A stretch of 49,084 nucleotides of DNA, the filler included, from Sphacelaria rigidula (taxonomy: Eukaryota), in NCBI GenBank assembly GCA_964200075.2. It is 3 parts of 3 records of this genome, joined end to end, with 100 filler letters (N's around TTAATTAATTAA, not from the genome) between each part and the next. Parts side by side here need not be neighbours in the genome. Positions count along the whole stretch, not along the records: positions 32,792 to 49,084 come from CAXNAA020001407.1; 2 more parts are not named here. One strand, 5' to 3'. Both the position numbers and the translations under genes were made by a program. The notes below the pieces were generated by a model that searched no databases, had not been told where the DNA came from, and was given only the letters and a program-made list of their open reading frames with translations. How positions within the stretch are numbered: the stretch's first letter is position 1; each line of letters opens with the position of its first letter. Positions 32,792 through 44,561 of the stretch are shown here, piece after piece.

Positions 32792-34619
32792 GGTTGTGCA
32801 AAACTGGTTAGCGCGCGTTCTTGCGAATGGCGATCCAAGGAGTTGAAAAGCCACTGGGGGCAACCAGCGGGGCAGTGTTCCGGCCCCAGCTTGGGGCGGG
32901 AAGCGGTCGGCGCCGTCGGCACGACGGGTGCCGAGGGGGTGGCGGAACGAGCGCGTCCGCCACTGTCGGCATCTGTGTCGTCCACTCGGCGAAGAGTGGG
33001 AGGAGCCGGGGTCGTAGGCGGCGCCGTGGCGGTGGGGGTGGCGGCGGAAGGGGTCATGTTGGTCGTATCGGTTGCCATTGTTGTCAAGGAGTTGAGGCGT
33101 TGTCGTATATCTGCAAGTTGTTGTTGCATCAAACGCACGCAACGGGCATCCGAAGGGGTGGTCGGACCTTGATGAGATCGACGACTAGAACGGCGGACAG
33201 CGTTTGTTGAAGAACTTGATGAGGCGGCGGAAGACTCAGCAAGTGAAGGGAACTCAGACTCATACGCATAAAAAAAATCATCGAAGCAGCAACACCGGCC
33301 ACTGGGTCGGGCCCAGAGGGGCGGCGACGGAAAGGGCGTGGTGAGTTTCGCGGCCCGAATGGGCGGCGTGATGCGGCACCGGGGTTGGCAACTGATGCGC
33401 GGCGTGGTGCGGCACCGGTGGTGGGAACGGTTGAGCGGCGTGATGCGGCACCGGGGTCGGCAACAGGCGAGCGGCGTGGTGCGGCATATTTGGTGGGAAC
33501 AGTGGAGGGATGAAAAGTTGGGGTTTTTTCGGAAGAAGGGGGTCGGGAGACGGAGCGTGCGGATGCGACCTGATTAGATGCATCAGGGGCGACCGCAGTT
33601 GCGGCGGCGGGGGCGGCCGGAGAGCGCAGCAAGGTATTACAAAGAACCTGTAGGGCGGCAGCCACGGTCATATCCGGTGCAACCGTCGTGGGCGGCGACA
33701 AATCCGCATTGGATTGTGTCACAGCAGCTAAAACAGTGGACAAAACACTGGCGGCAGAAGCGGTTGGCATGGCAGCAGATGGTGGAGGGGGTGCAGTGGT
33801 GACGGCAGCAGTGTCGGTCTGCGCAAATTCGGACATGGGTAACACCTGCATGTCCGAACGGGGCAGAGCTGGAGCCGAAAGTGTGTGGGCTGGCGGAGCG
33901 GTTGTGGCACTCAAATCTTGGTGGGTGGTCGGCTGTACGGCCGTGGAGTGGGCGCGCACGGGTAACACCTGCGTGGCGGAGTGGGGTTGAGGTTGGGTGA
34001 CGGCGGAAACGGGAGGGAAGACCGCGGGGTTCGCTTGTGTGGAGCGTGGAACAGCGGGTAACACCTGCGCTGTGGGTCGGTGGAAATGTGAAGTCGTGGA
34101 AGGATGTGACGAGGACGGCGCGGGTTTCGCCGGAATGGTGGAATCCGTAGCGGGTGACACCGGCGCTACGGATTGGGGCGATGAAGCGGTGAGTCCATGG
34201 CGTGGGTCCGGTGTGGGGCCGCGTTCGATGGCGCGGGCAGTATCAGGGAACTCAATCACTGCATCCATGGGCTGAAAGGATAAGGTGGACACAGCGCGTG
34301 TCGGTGAAGGGTGGGCCAACGTGGTTGAACCAGAAGGAGGGGAACCCGGGTATGAGGGAGAAGGGTTGGAATCCTCATCGGGGTCGGAAGTGGAGCTGAA
34401 AAACTGCGGAGGAGAGTTACGCTGAACAGACTGTTCATGCATCGCAAGTGCACGAGCGGCGGAGGCCGGTGGCTTTCGCAAAGCAGAGTCGGAATCATTC
34501 CCAGTGTCAACAAAAGTGGACAACGCTTTGACCTGACTCCGTGTAACACGAGGCGAGAGCTTGCCCGCGCCAGGTGAAGACGTGCCAGAAAGACGTTGAG
34601 ACATCTTAAATGTGTGCAA
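32792..34619 (-). pseudogene. Long Pro/Ala/Ser/Thr-rich ORF (496 aa plus frameshifted continuation), probably the gag N-terminal region of another LTR element
   Basis: ORFs 33129-34619 and 32792-33138; intronless; N-terminal RVTRSQ; 12-aa repeats AAPRRSPVADPG/AASRRSTVPTTG/AAPRRASVANPG; preceded by a U-rich leader of about 1 kb. No diagnostic domain before the gap. Confidence 0.45.
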
Positions 34620-35490
34620 TCAAGGGGAACCACAACGGGAAAAAGAGAGCGTAGAACAAGAGCCAAAGCTAGAACGCAATTGTGTAAGAGCAAAAACTCA
34701 CAATGAGGCGACTGTGAAAGAAGACAAACACCCGGACAGATGTCCGACGGGCGCACTATGCACGTCAAATATGACTGGGGTACTTAGTAGCCAGGCACAC
34801 GCTGGACACGGGTACGTCAGTGGTGCAAGTAAGACACCGCACACAGGAGATGTAGGAAAAAAACACAACTCGAGACCGCGAAAATGGACACCAAAACTAG
34901 TACGGATCACGTGGCCAAAGTAAAGGCGATGCGTGAATAGTGTTGGAATTCAATACAGAAAGACAATCAAAAGCGCGGCAGCGAGGGTGCGAAACACTGA
35001 AGTCAGGTGCAGGGATAAAATAGGAGACAACCGTTGCAGCTGACTGAAACACTAATGTTGGTGCAGATCAGGCTCCAAACTAAAACGACTACAGGGGGAT
35101 ACGAAATTTCGAACAAGAAATCACGAAATCGTAAAGCAATCCAGGTAGTGCAGCACCAAAGAGGAAAAAGTTGATCACGCAGTGCCGGGTCAAAAGGGAA
35201 AAGAAAATGCGTATGTAGTACCCACGCGAAAGATGAAAAATGCATCCACCAGTACACGCACAAAAGATGAAAAGCGCGTCGTGGAATGCACGACCCAAAG
35301 GTGAAAAGTTGACCACGTAGTGCTCACCCAGCGAAAAATGTAGAAGCAGGACTGGGGTGCGATAAAAACCTGATGGGAGGTGCGATGAGAGACGTACAGC
35401 ACCGGATTTGTCAATTGTGTTGGTGCAGATTGTCGCGCGGGAGAAGAAATAGTGTGCACTACAGTACTCTGCACGCTGGAGCGGCAGTTG

Positions 35491-35519
35491 CTACTACCAC
35501 AACAACAACAACAACAACA

Positions 35520-35561
<42 letters not shown>

Positions 35562-35563
35562 GC
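35491..35563. repeat. Compound trinucleotide microsatellite (CAA)n(CTA)n
   Basis: Directly visible; flanked by duplicated gcggcagttgc.acta. Confidence 0.95.
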
Positions 35564-35688
35564 TGCGGCAGTTGCGACTACGCAATTGTCGTACCGAAAA
35601 AGTAAGCGTGGTTGTAAGCGGTGAACAAAAACACTAAAGCAGTCAGGGTGAGGGGACACCGCACGATAAACACAGCTACGGCACACAA

Positions 35689-36758
35689 ATGTCAACGTCC
35701 AGCAAGGATAAAGGTAGACGCTTTCGCCGTAAGATAAAAGCGGCGTGTTCTGTATCGGTCAAGTAAGGTATAGTGTCAACTGTCCGCAAGAGTTTACAAC
35801 AAGCCAGCTGACACAGCGCTGGGCGGAATATTCGGCGAGTGATGTGGGGCAGGAAGAACAAGGACAATAGAGCAAGGGCACTACAGATCAAGAGTGCGGT
35901 TCAGCAAAAGGAGCGACCGAAGCAGGAGAAGGACAAAGACAGAGTGCGCCAGCGGCGGAGGTGCAGTTGTGGCTGCTGTTGGAAAAACATGACTGCGGGA
36001 ATGAACTACCGCACTATAACACAGCAAAAAGAAAGCACTCTAAAAGTAAATAAAAATCAAGGACTGTGGTCTGCTACACTAAGAAAGGGAAGGTACAGGT
36101 GCAACAAAAAAAACGAGGGACAGTAGTGAACTATAGCTAAACAAGGTAACGAGGCTAAAAGAGTACGAGTGAAAGGCTACTGAAAAAGCAAGCAAGACAT
36201 GGTCGATTAGTCGAACGCCAGTGTGATAAGGAGCGGTATGGACAGATTTCACACACCTTCCTTGATAGATCGATGTGCAATAAGCTATGCACGAGGTGCA
36301 ATGATATGTCCGAAAGCTATATGATTCACAGGTAGGCTCACGTGACCGATGGTCAACAGTAGCAAGCAGGCAGAAGAAGCTCAAAGGCTTGATGTCTTGT
36401 AACTCTAACTCATTATTCCCTTGCTCGCCTAGCACACTGTTCTCACCGAAGGGAAACAGTAGAAGCAGATGCCCGGGTCGAAGGGAAGCTCACGAGTGAG
36501 CGAGTGTGCATGGAACGCAACCTATCCGACCTCGGCCCGAGAAGGCGTTTCGCCTCCTCCGGACTAGGGCATATCAGCCTGCACACTAACCTTCCCCAGC
36601 TAGGGTACGCCAGTCTGTACACCAACCTTCCCGAGAACGTTGTCTGTACATCAACCTTCCCCCGAACTATGGGAGCATTCCCGTGGATGGATCGAGTGAT
36701 CTGTGAGACAACCTGCCACAAAGTTGTCTTGATTCATTGCTTGATTGTCGCACTTTAA
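35689..36758 (-). repeat. Putative LTR region downstream of the gypsy PPT (boundaries uncertain)
   Basis: Minus strand: G7 tract (36769-36763), then non-coding sequence with three repeats of about 35 bp (36563-36662). Candidate ...ACA ends at 36438 and 35689. No second copy in the window to confirm. Confidence 0.35.
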
Positions 36759-37240
36759 TTGACCCCCCCAGGGTCCAGCCGTGGTCTAATGATGGACGTA
36801 CCCAAGGGAAACGAAACTCAAACACGCTTTAAGAGAGAGAAAAAAATAGGAACAGAAGCAGAAAAAAATAGGAATAGAAAAAGAATAAAATAGAGTCGTC
36901 GAACAGAACGACATATCAGACTAAGTCGTGACAAAAAAGTAATAAAAACTCAACACAAGCAAATCACAAGAAGAAATGGCCGACCTAAAGTAAGAAAAAG
37001 GAAAACAAGAGGAAAGTACAAAGCAAAAAACAAACGAACAATGAAACGATGGGGAACAAAAAAGAAGTCTGCGGGAACACATAACGCCTCTCTATCTTCC
37101 TTCCTCATGACAATGTACCAGGTGAGTACCTGTGAACAAACTACCGAATTCAAACACGCGGGAGAGCAAACTGCCCCTGCACAGAAACCGACACAGGCGC
37201 CACCCTGGGCGACTTATTGTCCCAAAAACAAAAACAGAAA

Positions 37241-37455
37241 CAAAGCAAAGCAAAGCAAAGCAAAGCAAAGCAAAGCAAAGCAAAGCAAAGCAAAGCAAAG
37301 CAAAGCAAAGCAAAGCAATGCAAAACAAAACAAAACAAAACAAAACAAAACAAAACAAAACAAAACAAAACAAAACAAAACAAAACAAAACAAAACAAAA
37401 CAAAACAAAACCAAACAAAACAAAACAAAACCAAACAAAACAAAACAAAACAAAA
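37241..37455. repeat. Compound pentanucleotide microsatellite (CAAAG)16(CAAAA)n
   Basis: Directly visible; lies in the probable 3' UTR of the gypsy element. Confidence 0.97.
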
Positions 37456-38211
37456 AAACAGCCGAACGGCAATGAGGCAACCATTCCTCGATCACCTTCC
37501 CATGATCGACCCCTTGTCAAACCCCGGCACTCCTTGGACCAAAACGGAATGCCGTCATCTCACGCAGAAAACAAAACGAACGACAAGAGAAAAACATAAA
37601 AAATTAACAAACACAAACAATCAACCCGAAAGAGTCCGATGCTCCATATATCTACGATGCCCTGGCGTTGTTCACCCAAAACCAAACACACCAACAAAAG
37701 CGTTGTATCGGAGCGCAAAAAACAAAACAAAAAACAAAAACAAGAACAAAACCACTGCAGTAGAACGCTTTTTTACAATTTTCTGTATTCATCTTTTTAT
37801 TTATTTATTTGTGGTACATACTAACATGCATCCCCCTAGCTATATGATATTAACGCTCCTCCTTCATCCGTGCCCGGCATAAATGTTTTGCAAGACTTGA
37901 AACCCCGAAACAGGTTACAACAAAAACGTACACAAAAGAAGTACATATGTTAAAGAAACCGGACCAAACATAAACCAGCCACAACTGAAACCAAACAAAA
38001 TAACTCAATCAGAGGCTTCCCAGCAAACACTAGGTACCCTGCACATGAAAATGAACTCCTCCTCCAAGAGTGCTGACTGCTCCGCCTGTGGGTCACGTAC
38101 CGATGCCGCCCTCCCCGTCCTGTCTACTTTCCGCAGTCCGCACCTCGCCCCCGGTGTAGTCGCTGCGCCGAGCATGGCTCCGTCACCAAATCCAAGCCGA
38201 CCCGAGCTCCA

Positions 38212-38976
38212 TCAAATATTGTGGACGAAATGTTTTGCGGTTTTTTTCGAGTTGTGATATTGGAAACACCAGTCCCCCGGCTTTCCCCGCGAGACCTTCA
38301 AATTATCCCTTCTCAAATGCATACTATGACATCTCCCCAGGTCCAACATTCGCAAGGTATGCGGAAACGGAAGTTGCTCCGAATTGTTTTGCAGACCCGC
38401 CACTTCAGCCAGGTGCCAACCATCCTTCTTGGTTTTGTAATAGATATAGCAGCCGATTATGTAAGGGTGATATACATCGGGTCCTTGTATTCCATCGTCC
38501 GTCAAAAAATAACCCGGCGGCACGTATCGATCCCCTTTCGTCCGCGCGACCAATCTCTTTGCCATACTGGTTCTGTACTTGCGGTACCTGGCATTCTGAC
38601 CTCCAGCCTGCACCGGGTTTCCCATCCAGTATGTCAAGATTACTTCTTTCCCATATTGCTCGAGATCCTCTTCACCTTTTCATCTCTTGTTCTCACAGTT
38701 GTCCCAGGTGGTGTAATACTGCACAATGGTTTTACCCCCCAACCCTCGTGTCAACCGATGTTCACTGATGCTGACCGGCGTGACTCAGAATGTATTGAGT
38801 TCTAGGTTGACATCTTCAGCCGTCAAGTGTAAAGGCGGTGAACGTTCCGATTTCTTGTTGAGCACGTACTGGCTTAAACCCCAAGGTAGATGCTTCGATT
38901 TTTCTGGTCCGTCCATCGGGTTATAACATCGTTTGCACCGCGGTACTGCAACCCTTGAACTTGAGCCTCCCCCCAT
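38212..38976 (-). pseudogene. Integrase C-terminal extension: chromodomain followed by a Tudor/SH3-like module
   Basis: One frame with two TGA codons (probable TGG>TGA): F*VTPVSISEHRLTRGLGGKTIVQYYTTWDNCENKR*KGEEDLEQYGKEVILTYW...IIGCYIYYKTKKDGWHLAEVAG...HTLRMLDLG...WCFQYH. Confidence 0.7.
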
Positions 38977-41436
38977 GTTATTTTTTTCACGTCCAGCAAC
39001 AATGGTTTATTGCCCACTTTCCCCTCTGGATCCGTTGTCCCTGGACCAACGAACAATATTTCATACGGTCCCGTCCAACACTGCGGCAATTTCACCGACA
39101 GAGTGAACGACTTCTTCCCGGACGCCGACACCGGCACCACTGCATGACCTCCACGAGAGAGAGTTCCCCTCTCATCGTAGACAAACACCCAGTCACCCGC
39201 TTCCCACTTCGGGCGACGATTCATGATCTCGTCCAAGTGGTCATTCGCTACCTCGCGTTTAGATGTTGTGATGAAGTCCTCCTGCCGGACAAGCTCGTAC
39301 GCTTTCTTTTGTCTATCCCTTATCAGCTGCAAATATTGAAGCTGGTCTACCTTCAGACCTTGGTACCCTTGGGCTCCTCTTCCTTCTAAAATGGTCATCG
39401 GCATTCTAGTGTATCGCCCGATGTGGACCTCATTCGGAGCCAACCCGATACCTCTACTCACGTTATTGTTATGCGCTACCACAGCGTGCGTCAGCATGTC
39501 ATCCCAATTTTCTGATCATCCGCCACCAAATAGGACAACATCTGGCGCAGAGTATGATTCAACCTTTCCACCATGCCATTTGTTTGTGGGTGGTACGAGC
39601 TGGTGTACGATTTGACGGTTCCCATCATCCTATATATCGCTCGAGTGATGGGAGAGGTGAATTCCGGCCCGCGGTCAGATAGCAAGGTGTGCGGGCATCC
39701 GCATCGAAGCATATCGTTGTTGACGAGGCGAGCCGCACAGCCTTCGGCGTTTTCTCCTCGCCAGTCAGGGCGAACGCTTCGGCGTGTCTACTGAATAAAT
39801 CTACAACTAACAGTATGTAGGTGTTACCCTTCAGTGTTCTAGGCAACGGCCCTAGCAGGTCAATACCCACCATTTGACCAGGTCTGCTAGGCAGAGGTAG
39901 ACATACTAAAGGTCATCGAATCGTGGACCGCGCTACTTTCTTGCTTTGGCAATAGTAACACCTCGGATCCAAATTTTTATTCTGTCATTCACTCCGATCC
40001 ACCAATAGTACCGTTGTAGCAAGGACAACGTGACTTTCCCCCCCAAGTGCACGGCTTCTTTGTGAGTTTGGTCCATGACGCACGGCCTCAACAAAATCGG
40101 TACATATGTGCGAACAGGTTCGTCTCCAAAATACCGTTCAAAAGTTCCCGGATTGCGGTCCTCTTGACCTGACGGCTCTTCCGTGACTTTTCTCACCAGC
40201 ATTTTCGCATCATCAAGAAGCTCGAAAAGTTCCCCTGCTTTCAACAGCCTTCGTAACTCTTTCAAATCAACCGCTGGTGCAATGGATTTCTCCTGTTCTT
40301 TGGTTAGTGTTCTGATTTCCCGGCACAAACACTGAATAACCGTGCGCGAGGTGATGCCATTTTGCTGAATGCTAGCCCAATCCCCGGACGACCTACGGCA
40401 CAGATTTTCCCCAAATTCACGAGCTTCACAAATACCGAGCGTACCCGCGGCACCCGCACTGCCACACTCGGCGGTGGTAATTACATTAACGTTGGCATGC
40501 GATGGTGCAGTTGACAATCTACTTCCTGCTTCAGTAAGAGGGTACGCATGCAGAATTAACCCAGCTTCCCACTGACAACTGGTCACGAAATCCGGAAACA
40601 TAAGCGGGGTGCGATATTCTACTACCTGAGGTTCGTCCCCCGTGTACGTATGTACGGCCGAGACCGAAGTTGGGCCTACAACACCCGGATCATCACCAGG
40701 AACGTACGCACGCAGCCCATTCAGACTAGACCTATGCGGCTCATGGCTCATCGGGCGAAACCCATCCAAGATGGAACCATGAGGTCGAGAAAATATTTTG
40801 GGCTGTACGCCACTAGCGCCGATAAAGTATACGTCCACATCGTCCGGATTTGTGATGCTATATTTGCCCGAAACGTCTTCCTCACAATATTTAGTCGGCA
40901 GTCGAAACAACATGTCCGCGTTAGCGTTTACCGGGCCAGGCTTGTAACGGAGAGTGTGAACGAGTAAGCGCTCAAAACATCTCGCCATCGTTGAACCCGT
41001 GGAATCATTTCTGCCAGACTGAAAAGTTGCCGAGCGGTTGGTGGTCGCTATTTACTTCAAAAGGCACGCCGTGAAACAAAGGTCGGTTCTTTTTCACCGC
41101 CCACACAACCACGCCCATCTCGAGCTCTGTCGCAGTCCAGGGTTTTTCGTTGGGGAGAGTGGAACGACTGAAAAAGCACCACGGGCGGACTTTGCCGTCT
41201 GTCTGCCGATGTTCCACCGCTCCCCGCAAACCATCCACAGACGCCTCCACAATCAACATGAACGACCGCCCCCCCGTGGACGCTCCCTCGTAGTCTGGGA
41301 ACGCCAACACTTCCGGGCTCGACAATTTGAACAATAAAGATCGAACGACCGCGGTGTGTTTTTTCGTGAAAGTAAAATCCGCGCCCTTTTTCAGCAGATA
41401 ATTCAAAGGCCTCGTGAAGGCCGCCATTTTTGGCAA
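38874..41436 (-). pseudogene. Gypsy RNase H + integrase
   Basis: ORF fragments 41005-41436, 39933-40988, 39625-39873, 39491-39712 and 38874-39497 with the RH and IN motifs listed above. Confidence 0.93.
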
Positions 41437-41463
41437 AAACTTACGGTAATAACTGAACCCGGA

Positions 41464-43270
41464 TCATAGCTGCAATATGTTACTTGGCATAGGCATTTTT
41501 ACCAGAGCCGCAACCTTGTCCGGATCAGGAGCTATTCCCTCTGCCGAAATACGGTGTCTAAAACACTTGGTTTTCTTGGCGCCCAAGTGCGCCTTCTTGG
41601 GAGCCAATTTGAGGTTGAATTTGGTTAATCTTCCAAAGAACCGCTCTAAATCTCGCACATGTTCCTCGCCGCTATTACTGAAAGTGCAAATATCATCGAT
41701 GTACATACAGGCAGCACCTTTCCAAACCCTCACACACCCGAGCCATGATGGATTGGAACCAACCCGGGCTACCACCACATCTCATGGGCATGACTAACCA
41801 CTCGTACAATCCAGACTGGGTACAAACGGCGGTCAGGGGTATCGTGTTTGGGTGGATGGAGATGTTGAAATAACCCGACAAGATGTCTAGACACGTAAAA
41901 CCTTTTGCACCCCCCAGCTCATCCAACAGTTGGTCGATCGTTGGGATAGGTAAGATCGGTATGACCGTCGCGTCATTCAGCTTTTTGTAGTTGCAAGTCA
42001 ACCGTATCCCACCGTCCTTTTTGCTCACAACTACCAACGGACTACTCCAATTACAATAGGACTTGCGAATGAGCCCAGCGGCTAGCATGCGATCCAACTC
42101 GATCTGAATTGTTTTCTGCAAAGCCGGGTTATGACGGTAAGGTCGCTGCTTGACCGACCGACTTCCAGGTTTCAAATCGATTCGAAAGGGATCGACAGTA
42201 CAATATTCTATATCCATCTTGTCCTTGGAGAAACGGTGAGAGTATTTGCACAACACATCGGCCAAGTTATCGATATCCTCTACAGTCCAATACTTGCCTT
42301 CGAGATCAAAATGAATATTGCGAAGATGGACGGGTATCCGCTTCCACAACCGCCTGAACGCGACTTTCTGCACGTCATCAGCACCGGTCATCATGGAATC
42401 CGGTGCCTGCGATGTCTCTTCTAGAACAGAAAACACGTCAGTCACGGGTAAAATGTCAACTTTCGATATCTCCGCGTGTTCCAACTTGCTTTTCTCGAGA
42501 GGGGCGCCGGCTGATCCCAAGATCATACCCGGCTCCACCACCACGTCCTCTGCACAAAAGGATTTCATAGGGATCTCGGATTCACCGGCATCAACAATCA
42601 TCTCAGTTGGAGACCAACCTTTACCGAATCTTACATAATAACCGCCCCGTTTAGCCTTGGTCCCACCTTCGTTAGTGAGTATGACGGAAACCCAGTCCAG
42701 GTCTTGAGACAATATTTGCGCCTGCTCGCCATTAAAACGAACAATAAATCCTTCACCTGCAGCAGGTTCTCGTTCAATGCGTCCGATCGCGTTATTCACG
42801 CAGCCTTCGTGTTGGTTCAATTTCGGCGCAAGGTTTAGGGTAATAATAGTTTCGTCTCGATTGACATCAGTAAATTCACGTATGGGGGATTGGGATAAGC
42901 CGTCTCTTCCCATCAGGATATCATACGTCATTGTGCCGTCAGGCACAACATTCGCAAACACAGCAAGGCGGGGTGCCTCGTCGCGCTGGACACAGCCATT
43001 TACCTTGGATAAGTCCTCCAAACAAATATTCAGTCTAACCTGCGAGGATGTGGTCAGTGGTACCCCATGAAACCCTCCCCACGAGATAGGATCAACTTCT
43101 CTTGAACCATCTACCGTGGCAGCCCCGCTTGAGAGCATGTTTTCCCACACGGCACGAGTGACAAACGTGGCTGGGCTACCACTGTCTATGAGGACATTGC
43201 AGGCCCGGTTTTGAGTGGCTTTAAAACCCGAATACACGAAAGCTGCGGCTGTATTATTCCGACGATGCAT
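41464..43270 (-). pseudogene. Gypsy protease + reverse transcriptase
   Basis: ORF 41693-43270 (DSG protease, RT N-half), frameshifted into 41464-41778 (YIDD). Confidence 0.94.
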
Positions 43271-44561
43271 AGGCGCATTTCCCCTGCCACTGCTCTCTCT
43301 ATTGCGGGCAAATATACCCCATTCTTATCTCTCGCGACCGAGCAGGTTACAGGCGCAGGCGAGAGTACGGGTGTAGACTTGTGTTTTCTAGTGCGGTAAC
43401 CAGATGAGGGATCCAGGACATAGATATGCTGGTCGCCTTGACCGTACCGCAGTTGGTTGAGCGTTCTACAGGGTGTCGGAGGGACAGAGGGTATGACATT
43501 TTCATGTGAGCCCTTTCGCGGAGTACTTGACAGACCGGGGGCAGTGCTAGGTGCATTGACAGTTACTCCAACGTTATTTTCGTACGTACAATCCTCGCTG
43601 TCCAGCTCTCTTACTGGCTGTAGCGCTCTGTCGCCGGTATTGTGAGATATTTCTCCAAATACACGACAAGTTCCAGTTGGTTTGCGCGAGACTCCGGCCG
43701 CACGAACCGGTTTGTTTGGGAAAACGGCCGAACAAACGCGTGGATGATAACAGTCATATAGTGGAATATCCGGTCCACTGGACGAATCATTATTGGTTGA
43801 TTCACAACTTGACATCGTTATCTTGCGATCTTGGATAGCTCTTGCAATGGGATCATTTTCTGAGTGTGAAGCCCACTTCACATCGGGCCTATCCTGCGCC
43901 CTAGGGACAGTGGTCTTGGTATTACTTGTATACCGACCACTCGTCTGCACTTGCAACTTCCCACGATAGGGTTTATTGCGTAAAACTAAAGAATAAATCG
44001 GGGAGCTACCATTGATTCTATCCTCATTGCGGTGACTAGAGGACACTACAATATCAGTCAAAACGTCTGATCGTGGGGCCTCTGCCAAAAGCAGCGAACT
44101 ACACCCCGAATTGTCCAAACATGGTGTGGAGTGATAATTTCCACGCGTGGATGGTGACATAAAGGATCGTTCAGTACTTACATCACATACACTAGATGAA
44201 TCGCACCTCACCTCTAAACCAGAATCTGTCCCGTGCAAAACGGAACTGGTTGCACAAGTACCTGGACTAATGGTACCTTTTACCGTCAACACTTTACCTC
44301 TACTTACGGGTTCGTGATTTCCAAACCTCTTTGTCACAACATTAGAACGTGGTACCGCGCTTGAAACACGCACAACGGAACTCTCACCAACAGGCTTCTG
44401 TGCCACCGATATGCCAGCCATAGTCATACCGTCGCACCGCCAGCTCCGCTGGCTGCGCTCCTGAATGTACACACGCAACCTTTGCTACCACCTGCGCCAC
44501 CGTGCCGCTACTTTCTCCTCCGAACCATTCCCGATAGCATTATGAATAAGCCCTGACTTAT

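Noticed and set aside
37041-37882. Lys/Gln-rich and Phe/Cys-rich ORFs (also poly-T/V/L/S ORFs at 35190-35695)
   Set aside because: Translation artefacts of microsatellites.
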